Below, piece after piece: positions 52,100 through 62,629 of a stretch of 64,000 bases of DNA (the stretch's first letter is position 1; each line of letters begins with the position of its first letter). Source of the stretch: Lama guanicoe (lineage: Eukaryota); assembly GCA_013239625.1 (NCBI GenBank), contig MU054096.1, positions 285,098 through 349,097 on the forward strand, written 5' to 3'. Below the pieces are notes generated by a model that made no database searches, was not told the DNA's origin, and was given only the letters and a program-made list of their open reading frames with translations. Position numbers and translations under genes: made by a program.

Positions 52100-55000
52100 C
52101 AGAAGCATCAGTGCGAGTGGCTGGGAGAGCCTGCCTCGTTTTGGCCGCCAGATGGCGAAGGCTGCTCGCCGCCAGTCACTTCGCAGCCTCCGCGGAACTG
52201 CGGCCAGACTCACGGCCAAGGACGCGGTACCAACGGCGCAGGGAAGGCGGGGTCCCGCCTAGCGTTGCAGAAGTTCCTGCGCGGGCCCTGCTGTCTCCCT
52301 GAGAGCCAAAAACGTGAAGGACTTTTTTTTAAGGAGACAGAGGAAATTAAAGTGAGGGTGGCGTGGTGGTTCACACCCTTCTGCCTAAAAGAAGCAGAGA
52401 CTCACGCTTTAGGGGCGATCAGGGGGCCCATCAGAAGCCAGGCACTTTGGGGTCCACCTCGGAGAGGTTGCTCCGTGTCTGGCGCAGTTACATCCTTCCT
52501 CTGGTGAGCTCGATGCGACTTCTGCGACACGCAAAGGACTCTTAAGGCCAAAAGAAAAAGGCGAAGAGAGGTGAAGGGGTCGCCAGGAAATGTTGACTTT
52601 CTTTTAAGCTGTAATAAGGAGAAATTCGGTGGCCACCAAGGTCAGAGTCCCCATCATGTTTAAAAACAAAAGAAGTCGTAACTTCGGGCTCAGCTCATGG
52701 GATGGGGAGGAAGTCCAGCTCCTGCGGGTTCGGGCGGCCGGCACCGCGAGAACGCCAAGTGCAGGCGCAGCGCCCAGGCCTCTTCGAGGAGCAGGAGGGA
52801 CCGCGACCCCGGACAAAGATGGGCGCAGGGGGACGGATTCCGCTGGTTCGAGTCCCCAGGGGCTGGACCTGCGGAGTTCGCGTACGCGAAAACTTAAACC
52901 CCAGGGATGCGGAGTTCGCAGAAGGGGACTCAGTCAGGCCCACCAACAGAGTTTTGCAAATTGCCTTTTAAAAGAACCTCCCGTTGGTGCCGAAATCTCC
53001 CCGAGGTGAGAAGCCAAGTTGGCGCGCGGCAGGGTGAGAGGGTCACCGCCGCGAGCGCGGAAAAGGGGAAGCGTCCGGGCGAGTGGAGAACGAGTGACTT
53101 TAATTTTTATCCCTACTGGAGGCTCAATTTCGATTAAAATCAAGGGGCATGCAGGAATGTTTTTCTTTCGGAGGGTTTTCATGACACCTGCTGAACTAAA
53201 AGCAACAAAACAGCAACTAAAAAAAACTCTCCGGCATCCTACCGTGCCTTGTTTGGTTCAGAAAGATGGAATAGATCGCAGAGGAAGGGGAAGACCGTGA
53301 GTCTGCCTTTACACCCAGATTTAAAGCTAAACAGTGGAGGCAGGAGAGGAAAGAGGCTCGGACCAAACGCTGCTTCGGAGCCCTGAAACTCTCCAGCTAG
53401 AAATGCGAGTGTGCCTTGCTGCCGACTCCACGCGGGCTCCGCCCCGGTTTACAGGCTGCACCTTCCCCTCCTCCCCTATTTCTTTCCCGATTCTTGCCTT
53501 TCCCAGTGGGTGGCCTCCTCACCCCACCCCCAGGATAGCTACCCCGCGTCCCGGCAGTTCTCGGCTTCATCACCCTGGAGGTAGAGTCCTGGGGCGGAGA
53601 GGAGCGAAGTCGTGCCGGGGCGGGGTGGGGGTGGGGGCGCAGAGGAAGGGCTTGCTCCTAGTCCTCCCCAAAGCAGGAAAGACTTCCCGGGGTGATGGGT
53701 GGACTGCCTTCTTTTTTAAAAACCCGGACAACCTCAAAGTGTTTGGCGATGAAAAAGAATGCGTGGAAAGTGACAAACAACGGGGTTTCCAACTCGAAGT
53801 CGGGTCCTTTTTGCACTTCTTTTTCCTCTTTCGTTGCAGTTTATTTGTCTAATTGCGTACTTTTGTTTGGGGGCAAGGACGGAGGCGAGCCAGCAGACCC
53901 CCAAGCGGGTGTCTCCACCCTGCGCCGGCAACGCCGCCTGCGCGGGCGCAAACGCTGGGACCCTGGCGAAGAATGTAAACAAACGGGGCGCCCGAGTCCT
54001 TGATCTTTATTTAAATAGAGGCTTGTTTATCGGTGTCATCCTAGGAGGATTAATTAGATACATCTCTTCACAATTTGGTGTCTGACACTCCATCTTAGGA
54101 ATGCCTTATCACAAGGTGTTAATTGGGGCCACTCAGCCACTTACGTTTCTATTAAACACTGTGAGGGACTTTTCACAAGTACCAGGTTCTTTTTACTGTA
54201 CGGTGCAAAAATATACAGGACTGGAAATAGACTGAGGCCACTGTCTGCTTTATCTCGGCGCTGATTAGCATTTCCCGTCTTTCTCGAGGGCAGAATAGGA
54301 GAACACCGTTTCGAAATTCCATCGCATCTCCCAATGCGCTAGAGCTCCTCAGGGATGGGGGCGGGGGGGGGGCGCGCTGACCGGGCCCGAGGGGCTACGA
54401 GTCGGCCTCCCCCAGTCTGAGTCTGTCATCCACGATACACACACAGAAACCAAACTGCAAAGCTTTCGCTTCCAGCTCCGGGAAGAGTCGGGGCGGCTTG
54501 GGCAAAGCGTTTTGAACAGGCACCGTCGGAGACGCGGGGCTGAAGTCCGAGGCCCCAAGGTCACAGGCAGAGGACCTGGGAAGGGCCGGGGCTGGGGGGG
54601 AAATGGGGAACAGGGGAGAGGCGCTGTACGAGCTCGCGGGGGCCTTAATTGGGCGCGGAAGGGGAGGAGGTCCCGGCTGATCGCTCGCCTCCCAGCAGCT
54701 AATCCTCTTAGCAGCTGCATTTCCGCGCCACGCAGTTAGCAGAATGACCCTCCCGGCCAGACCTTTACCCCGGGAGGGTCAGGAGGGGGCTGGAAAGGAC
54801 TGCAAGCTGGGCCAGAAGCTGTCTGCTGATAAGCCTGGCGGGACGTCTGGCAGGGGGACAAAGGGCCCTCCGCCCCACTCCTGGCTTTAACTCTTCTGCG
54901 GGCCCAGGGCTCAGCCTGGGGATGGGGTGGCCTTCGCCCTCCTGGCGAACGAGAGCCAAACAAGCGGCGCTCAGCGCGCGGCGGCGCACGGCTCCCCGGC

Positions 55001-55400
55001 TGCCTGGGCAGAGCGGCGGGGCGCGCAGGCCGGGGAGGCTCCCGCGTGGGTGCGCGCCCGCCGCAGCCCCGGCACCCCGGCCCGCAGCTGCCCCGCGGGC
55101 GCCCGGGGCTCCGAGGAGACGGAAACCGCAGGTGGGAGCGGGAGCGCGCGGTGGGCCGCCCGCTCGCCGCCGCGCCCCAGGGTCCCGGAACTTGTGGGCG
55201 CCAGGAGGGCCGCGAGGGTGCCCGGGGAGCACATGTGGGTCCGGGGATGGGAGCCCCCCCCCACCCCGGGAGGCCTAAGGAAAAAACCCAGAGGCCGGGA
55301 CGCCCAGGGCTGAGGCGGGTGGAGGTTTTATCTAGGCGCGCGCGCATGCAGCCTGCGGTGGGCAATCTTGCATCTCGGCGGCAGCCCTCCTCCCCCTCCC
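52100..55400. promoter_or_regulatory. CpG island cluster immediately downstream of EOMES
   Basis: CpG-dense, repeat-free sequence, densest at 54900-55350. Confidence 0.85.
52142..52160 (+). promoter_or_regulatory. CTCF motif
   Basis: TGGCCGCCAGATGGCGAAG closely matches the CTCF core TGGCCACCAGGGGGCGCTA. Confidence 0.7.
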
Positions 55401-55639
55401 CAGCCCCAATACCCATTGTCCAGACTTCCCAGTGCGGTGAGGCAATAACGCCATTCATCTTCAAGGAAAAAAAGAAGATATACAAAGCCTCCCCACCCCC
55501 TCATGACGATAATGTCCACTGGGAGATGCTTGAGCCTCCTGTGGGGGGAGTTGGATGGCGGGACAGTGTTCATGCTGGAGGAAGGGGCGACAAGGAGGCA
55601 AAATAAACCCACGGTACAGAAGACAGAGTTATGCCTGTT

Positions 55640-56758
55640 CCCTCAACGAACCACATTTATTAAAAATGACTAAGGCTACATAAAAATCGAAGATCTCTGA
55701 AAAGCCAGCAGACGCTGTGGCGTCACGTTTCCGTTTATTCACATTAATTACCAAGCTGGGTGGTGGGGGTGGCGAAGGAAGAGGATGAGAGGGGAATTTT
55801 CCTTAACACGTTTGAAGTTAGTACAGAGTTGCTGAATACATTCTTAACTATCTAAGAAGTAGACAGAATAGATTCCCATATATTGGGGGGATGTTGGGGG
55901 AAACTTCCCCGGCTCCTGCAAGCTGTCCTCCGGTGATTTGCAAATTCTTTACAAAGCCAAAGCACCAATTTTACATAATCTCGTAGACCTACGTTGACTA
56001 TTTGTACAATATTTTTCACAGTATTCTACAGTGTATCTAAGCACACACAACTGTACACTTCAAAATTCTCTCTTTTCTTTTTCTTTTTGGCAACTCCCTC
56101 CCTCGTCCCCTCCTGAGTCCTACTAGCCCCCTCTGGGCTCACAGCAGAGGCCTAGCCCACGAGGCAGTCCTGATCCAGGGCACACATGGCTTGTTTCAAA
56201 AAATCTGGGAAGAATCAAAGTCAAGTAAAACCAGCCCCTTCACAAAGTTCTTCTGGCCTCCCAGGCCTAACGTCTTTTGTCCCCAGCAGAAAGTTACCAG
56301 CAAAAAAGTCCTTGTTGAAGCTGAAGGCCTCCCCTCCTCCTGTAGAAGCCAAACATCTTACCACTCTGGGCTTCCATTTGCTTACAGATTTACAAATAAA
56401 AACGAGAATCAAAGCTTTCACATCCTCTGATAGCATTAGGCACTCAATCTTCACAGCCCAATTCTCTGAACGTCTAGTGTCTCCAATAAATAAATCCGTA
56501 ACTTTGAACAACCTTCAAATTTTAAAACACTTGAAAGTCCTTCGGTACATTTATTTAAAAAAAAATGCTAGGCTTGTTTCAGTTACCTGCAGCAAATCAA
56601 AAAGCTTTGGCACCTTCTTTTAGGAAATTGCACAAAACAGGGTGCATCAGGGTGGAAGGCAAATGTCTTTTTGGCAAAGAAGACAAAAAACAACAAAAAA
56701 ACACCACCAAGTCCATCTGCCAAAAGTTAGCTGATTTTTGCGAGGTTGAAAGAACTCT
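55640..56758 (-). other. EOMES: EOMES 3'UTR (approximate end)
   Basis: Repeat-free sequence after the stop; minus-strand AATAAA at 56555-56550, 55739-55734 and 55661-55656. Confidence 0.75.
55656..55739 (-). terminator. Distal polyadenylation signals (two AATAAA)
   Basis: TTTATT on + strand at 55656-55661 and 55734-55739, about 1.0-1.1 kb past the stop. Confidence 0.65.
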
Positions 56759-57497
56759 TCAGGGAGTTGTGTAAAAAGCATAATAGCCCCCCATGCTTTT
56801 CGAGGTGTCTTTGCTGTAGTCTTCAGCGTTAATGTCCTCGCATTTTATGGAGGGAGAATTCTCGTTACTGGAGGTGCTGGGGGACAGTCGCCTTCGCTTA
56901 CAGGCACTGGTGTAGACGCCCGAATCGTTGGAATCCAGAGACTTGATGGAAGGGGGCGTCTCTATCCAAGAAGAGCTCATTTCTTCTTTGACTTTCTCCT
57001 TGGAGAGCTGGTCTTCAGAGAACACAGGGGGGCTCGTTCTGGAGGTCCATGGGAGTCCAGCTGCCATCTTTCTCTGATAAGAGCCTCTACCTCCCCAGCC
57101 CGCCATGGCAGGGAAGGTGGGGTCTGGGTAATACCCCAGGGCATGGGATGTCTGGAGGGGCAAGGATTTAATGCCATACGGGAGCAAGGCGCTGGAAGTA
57201 TATTCAGACTCATAGGAACCGATGTCTAGTTTGTTGGTCCCAGCTTGCTGGACAGGTGTGACAAGCCACCGCTGGGGAGGGTTGGTCACCTCTTCGCTCT
57301 GTTGGGGCGAAAGGAGGCCGTTGGTCTGTGGCACGGTTCTCTCGCCATTATAATATCGGGCTGGAGGTAAAGTGTTGGCAAAGGGCTCCGGGAAGAAGGA
57401 CTGAACGCCGTACCGTCCTCCGGGGACAATCTGATGGGATCTAGGAGAATCCGTAGGAGATGGAGTTAACCTGTCATTTTCTGAAGCGGTGTACATG
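56759..57497 (-). CDS. EOMES: EOMES coding exon 6 (C-terminal region; alternative acceptor at 57440)
   Basis: Acceptor TTGTAG|C; encodes MYTASENDRLTPSPTDSPRSHQIVPGG...GGYYAFYTTP, stop TGA at 56761-56759. Total CDS 2130 nt = 709 aa plus stop. Confidence 0.97.
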
Positions 57498-57560
57498 CTA
57501 CAATATAAAAAGAAACACTTAAAAAAAAAAAAAAAGGAAAGAAAAAAAAAACCCAAATGT

Positions 57561-57646
57561 NNNNNNNNNNNNNNNNNNNNNNNNNNNNNNNNNNNNNNNN
57601 NNNNNNNNNNNNNNNNNNNNNNNNNNNNNNNNNNNNNNNNNNNNNN
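57561..57646. other. Assembly gap (86 N) in EOMES intron 5
   Basis: Run of N flanked by A-rich tracts. Confidence 0.99.
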
Positions 57647-58307
57647 AAAACCAAAGACCAAAAAAAAAAAAAAAAAAAAAAAAACCTTAAAAAAAAAAAA
57701 AAAAGGAAAGAAAACAAAGACCCTAATGTTGTCCCTAAACAATCTGCCTCCCAGAAATGAAGAAGGCTCAAAGGCTGGGCCTTATAATGGGAGGGCTGCA
57801 CTGGCCCATTTAAGATGGATGCTTGGATCATCAGGGGAAAATTTCCCACCACGCAAGAAAAACTTTCCTCCCAAGACATTAAGTATTGAAACTACAGAAA
57901 ATCCACCTTCACAAGTCCTAGAACTTGAAGAACTCAGAGTAACCCTCCCTGGAGTGGCAGGGAAGGAATGCTGGCTGTGGGATTAGAAATCCCAGATTTA
58001 AAGGCATTTGCAGGGTCTTGTTGTTTGATGTAGTGAAAAATGACTTCTTCTTAGTGTCAGGGTTTTCTTATGTTAAAAAAAGAGAGAGAGAGAGAGAAAG
58101 AGGGAGTAATAATATCTGCCCCTGAGAGAATTAAAAAAAAAGGGGGGGGGGATCAAATGAAAAGGAAGGCATATAAATGCAAATTATGAACATTTTGAAT
58201 CTCCACTCAAATGTTAAAAAAAAAAGCTCCTCATCTTTAAGCCTTTAACATTTCTTTAGAAATTAACAAAACCCTTCTGGGAAAATTCTAATGCAAGATT
58301 AGTCAAG

Positions 58308-58340
<33 letters not shown>

Positions 58341-58466
58341 CACAGATCAAAATAGCTAAAAATCCCAAAGGCGAAAGCTCTTCCTAGAATATGGTCTCAT
58401 GAAAGTGTCTGATCCAGCGTGTCTTGTTCAAAGATGACCATGCAAGTAAAACAAAGGGGTACTTAC

Positions 58467-58528
58467 GAGTCATAGTTGTCCCTGAAGCCTTTTGCAAAGG
58501 GGTTATGATCAATCTTGAGTTGAGTTAT
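58467..58528 (-). CDS. EOMES: EOMES coding exon 5 (end of T-box)
   Basis: Acceptor TTTAG|ATA; encodes ITQLKIDHNPFAKGFRDNYD; donor TC|GTAAGT; 62 nt. Confidence 0.98.
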
Positions 58529-58618
58529 CTAAATAAGGGAGAAAAACGGTCTTTAAGTGTTTTGGCTCTCACGGGGGAACTCGTTTTTAGAGATTCTTGG
58601 GACCTTTGGGACACTCAC

Positions 58619-58777
58619 GTCGGTGTTCTGGTAGGCAGTCACCGCGATGAACTGTGTTTCTGAGAAGGTGAAGGTCTGAGCCTTGGAGGGCTCATTCAGG
58701 TCCTCCACGCCGTCCTCTGTGACTTCCACGATGTGCAGTCGTGGTTGGTACTTGTGTAAAGACTGGAGGACTATCAT
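58619..58777 (-). CDS. EOMES: EOMES coding exon 4 (T-box)
   Basis: Acceptor TTTGCAG|ATG; encodes [23 protein letters not shown]...[14 protein letters not shown]; donor |GTGAGT; 159 nt. Confidence 0.98.
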
Positions 58778-59246
58778 CTGCAAATGGTACAGAAAGAATC
58801 GCCAAATCTAAAAAGTCTCTTGGAGGCACACACACAAAGTCGGTTTTTGACAAATTACATCTTTTAGGATGGGACTCCTGCTGTTTGCCGCCAACAGCTC
58901 ACATCTTCTGGGTACATACGTGTGCTTAATAAACCCTCTCCTCTTGGCTTCCTAAACTCTCCCCAAAGATTTCAGGATTTCTGTTCCTAACAGTGAAGTC
59001 ACCATTCTTGAAATCCAGTAAGAAAGTGAAAATAATAATTAAAAAATAAATAATAAAACAATAAATAATAATAATAAAATAATAATATAAAAGTAAAAAT
59101 GAGAAAAGTCAAAAGGAAAAAAAAATGGAAAAGAAAAGACTAGCAAGAGGCCAGGAACAGGTAACAGCAAATATTCTAAATACAGTGAAGAATATTAGAA
59201 ATAAAAGAGCTTCACAGCCAGGAGACACCCCCTCCTGTCACTCTAC

Positions 59247-59368
59247 CTGCGTGTTGTTGTTATTTGCGCCTTTATTATTGGTGAGTTTTAATTTCCCAAA
59301 GGAAATCTCCTGTCTCATCCAGTGGGAACCAGTATTCGGAGACTCTGGGTGAACATACATTTTGTTGC
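59247..59368 (-). CDS. EOMES: EOMES coding exon 3 (T-box)
   Basis: Acceptor TTCTCTTAG|GC; encodes [40 protein letters not shown]; donor CAG|GTAGAG; 122 nt. Confidence 0.97.
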
Positions 59369-59430
59369 CTAAGAGAAAATGAAACAAAACACAAAACCCA
59401 AGCACACAGGGCTGTTTAAAAATGGAGGGA

Positions 59431-59597
59431 GGAGTGGGAGGGTGTAGCTCAGTGACAAGAGTACATACCTAGCATGCCCGGGATCCTGGGTTCAATCCCC
59501 AGTAGCTCCATTAAGAAAGAAATAAGTAAACCCAATTATCTCCCCCCACAACACAATTTTAAAAATAAAATACAAAGGTAAAAAAATAACTTTGAAA
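59431..59597 (+). mobile_element. vic-1-like SINE in EOMES intron 2 (antisense to the gene)
   Basis: TSD AAAAATGGAGGGA at 59418-59430 and 59598-59610. Confidence 0.9.
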
Positions 59598-60186
59598 AAA
59601 AATGGAGGGAAGGGACGGATATTTATTACGAACGGGCAAGGTCGGAGAGCTAGGGTTACAACACAAGTCTTCCAGCCTTAGGGGCTTAAGAAGGCCCAGT
59701 GGAGGCCAACCAGGGGCCCTGTGCTTCCAGCCCTCCTTGGACAAGGCTCAAGATATAAAAATGGGGCCCACAGGCAATGCCTCTTTTGAAGGCCAATTTG
59801 GCGGCCTCTAAAGCTAGAATGGCAAGATGGAAAGTTGAATTTTTATGGTAACCTCAACCTCTGGGAGGCCTTTCTCAAGCAAAGCTTAGAACGCCAGGAA
59901 CCCTTGTCACCTGGAGAGTTTATGACAATTCCTTTCTCAAAGGTAAGGACTTAACGGGGAAGGGCTGGAGTAGGGTCATGGGGTAAAATTCTATCTACGG
60001 AGAGGCAAGAAATCTGACTTAGCAATTCTCCCCCTTGACCAAACAATCAGCACAAAGGAAACTCGCACGGACACCTGCAGGCCCCGGATTGGGAGGGAAG
60101 GAATGTTGGGTGAAAGCGTGAGTTGTCCGAGTCGGGGGCTCCCAGCCCGCCCCGCCCCGCCCCGCCCGGGCCTCGGCTCTCCTCAC

Positions 60187-60341
60187 CCTGCATGTTATTG
60201 TCGGCTTTGCCGCAGGTCACCCATTTGCCCCCCTGGAAGCGCCAGTGGTTGGGGTCCGCCAGCACCACCTCCACGAACACGTTGTAGTGGGCGGTGGGGT
60301 TGAGTCCGTTTATGTTGAAGCTCAAGAAAGGAAACATGCGC
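60187..60341 (-). CDS. EOMES: EOMES coding exon 2 (T-box)
   Basis: Acceptor CAG|G; encodes [51 protein letters not shown]; donor G|GTGAG; 155 nt, phases match neighbours. Confidence 0.98.
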
Positions 60342-61338
60342 CTGTGCGAAGGAAGAGAAAACCAGGAGACGAGAGATTCAAACCCGGACGCCCTGGAACC
60401 GGCCCCCAGCTCAGAGGACGACATTTAGAAGTTAACAGAACGAACGGGATACCAGTAGATAAAGTGGCCGTCACTACGTAAAATGTTCCTGAGCTGGCAA
60501 CTCTTGGAACATCTCTTTTCGGAAATACTTTGCCCCCAAGTCAGTATTTCCAAATACGCTTCTGCACCCTCTCCCAACTCAAGTTCCCGACCCTTACAGG
60601 TGCTCATTAATTTTTCCCCCAGGATGTTTAAAATCATTCATTTTTATACGCACAAGTGCAAGTTGTTCTCGTAAAAATTAAAAAAAAAAAAAAGAAAGAA
60701 TTCTACTGGTAACGTTTAAAGTCTCCTCTGGACGCCCCTCTCCCAACACCCACTCACTTTCCCTACTTGCTAGCAGTGAGGTGTGTGTCCGAACTTTCTC
60801 AGGCCCGGGACCCCAGCCACATCGGACTCCAGGGTCCGCCTAACCACTACCCGGACCGACCCTCGATGCCGGCGAGCCGGTCCACACCTTGGTCCCCCCG
60901 AGGCGCCCCATGGAGACCCCGGCGCCTAAAGCTGCGGGAGCCCATCTACTGCGCCCAGGGAAGCCAGTTCTTGCGCCTTCCTCCATCCTTGGCTCCTCGC
61001 CGGCCCGCAGGGACCAGCGTACCGCCGAGCGGGCGGATCTAGTAAATCCAGCTTTGTGGACAAGCCCCAATTTCCATTTCCGCTTCCACCCAGGGGAGGG
61101 TGACGAGAGGGAAGGGGGGAAGCCACCGTAACCTGAGCACCGCGCACAAACCGCCGGTGCGCGGACGGGAGGGACACCGGATTGGAGAAGCGGTGTCTCC
61201 ACTTGCTGCGCGCGGAAACTCACTTCCCGAAGCACAGAGCCGAGCGAGCGAGCAGCGGTCCCTCCTCTCCGCCATCCCCAGGACCCCACACCCTCTCCTT
61301 ACCCCGCGCGCCTCGGGGCCCCTCCGCGCTGCGCTCAC

Positions 61339-61835
61339 CTGCCCTGTTTCGTAATGATCATCTCGGTTTGGTGGCGGTGGAATTTGAGCCACAGAGGCCG
61401 GTTGCACAGGTAGACGTGGGCGCGGAAGCCGGGGCCAGGAACCCCCAGGCCCCCCAGTCCTCCGCAAGAACCCGCGGCTGCCGCCCCAGGGTACGGCCCA
61501 TAGAGCGGAGCCCCCTGGCCGTACTGATAGGCGCCCGGGCCGCCTCCCCCGCCGCCGCTGCCGCCCGCGCCGCCGCTCGCGCCGGCTCCCGGGCCGAACT
61601 GCGCCCTCCCGGGTGGGCACACGGCCGCGGGGAAGCCTCCGGGGGGCAGCATGGAGCCGTAGGGGTAGCGGGCCCCGTTGGGAGCCGGGTACACAGATCC
61701 GTGGGGCGCCCCGGCCGCCGCCTGGTACGGGAAGAGCGAGCAGGGCGCGGCCAGCTCGGAGCCCTGAGGCCCGGGGGACTGGAGGTAGTAGCGCTCCGAG
61801 CTCAGGCTGTCCATGGAGTAGCGCGCGGTGGCGGC

Positions 61836-61866
<31 letters not shown>

Positions 61867-62231
61867 GCGGCGGAGGGCATCTCGTCCTCCCCGCAGGGGG
61901 AGCCCTTGCGGCCGTCCGGGGGCCCTGGCTTGGCCACCGCCGCGGCGCTGGCGAAGGCGTCCCCGGCGTCGGCGTCACTGAGCATGGCCGCGGGGGCTCC
62001 CGCGCTGGCGGCTGCGGGCTCCCCGCTCCCTGCCTCGCACGAGAGGCTGCCCGAGAACTTCTTGGGCGCTTTGTCTAAGTCCAGCCTCTGAGGCGAGGGG
62101 GCCGCTCCCGGGAGGTGGCCGGCGCTCCCGCCACCGCCGCCGCCGCCGCCGCCTCGCGCGCTCTCCAGCGGGTAGAAGTGCGCGCCGGGCAGGTTCACCG
62201 AGCTCACCAAGAGCTGCTCCCCTAACTGCAT
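61339..62231 (-). CDS. EOMES: EOMES coding exon 1 (N-terminus with poly-Gly/poly-Ala tracts and start of T-box)
   Basis: ATG at 62231 gives MQLGEQLLVSSVNLPGAHFYPLESARG...LWLKFHRHQTEMIITKQG; donor AG|GTGAG at 61339/61338; 893 nt, phase 2. Confidence 0.98.
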
Positions 62232-62629
62232 GCTTTGCAAAGCGCAGACGGCAGCTGGCTGCTTCCTCTCCTGCCGCGGCCTTATTATAAAGGCAGGATG
62301 GGGGAGCCAGCGCCCTCTTCCGAGGGGAAGGTAACTTCCCCTTCCTCCGGTGCGGGGCTACCCACCTGGCGACACGCGGGGCCGCTAAGGCGCGCACTGG
62401 CGCGCCCTGAACCCCGCGTCCTTTCCGCAAGGAAAGCGCACCGAGTTTGGAGGCAGGAGATGGAAACTGCCCGAGAAGCTCTCTCCCTTTCTTTCCCCGT
62501 CCTTTTTGCCTCTCTGGACCTCTACCCTCCTCCCCCGCACACACAGGAAAAAGAGGTCTTAGGTCTCTCTCCCCATCCACCCACCAGCGCTAGACTTTCT
62601 GCCCTTCTCGACCATCGGTCAAGTTGACC

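Larger units (their letters stand above)
60100..62460. promoter_or_regulatory. CpG island over EOMES exon 1, intron 1 and exon 2
   Basis: Very high GC and CpG density by inspection. Confidence 0.9.

Noticed and set aside
54736..55606. 150-250 aa Arg/Pro/Gly-rich ORFs
   Set aside because: Open in several frames on both strands because of CpG-island composition; no homology signal.
56432..56438. miR-155 seed match AGCATTA in the 3'UTR
   Set aside because: Present on the plus strand, which is the wrong strand for EOMES mRNA.
57498..57742. N-terminal extension of the 327-aa ORF (poly-Phe and X)
   Set aside because: Intronic poly-T and assembly gap; the real exon begins at the AG at 57497.
61182..62078. 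298-aa antisense ORF and other ORFs overlapping exon 1
   Set aside because: Stop-poor shadow frames of GC-rich coding DNA; low complexity and no recognisable domain.
62232..62240. TTG-initiated MQS extension of EOMES
   Set aside because: The ORF caller used a bacterial-type start; the recognised start is the ATG at 62231.
62281..62292. TATA-like TTATAATAAG about 55 nt upstream of the ATG
   Set aside because: The 62661-62668 TATA with upstream CCAAT boxes is a better core promoter; a minor TSS here cannot be excluded but is unsupported.
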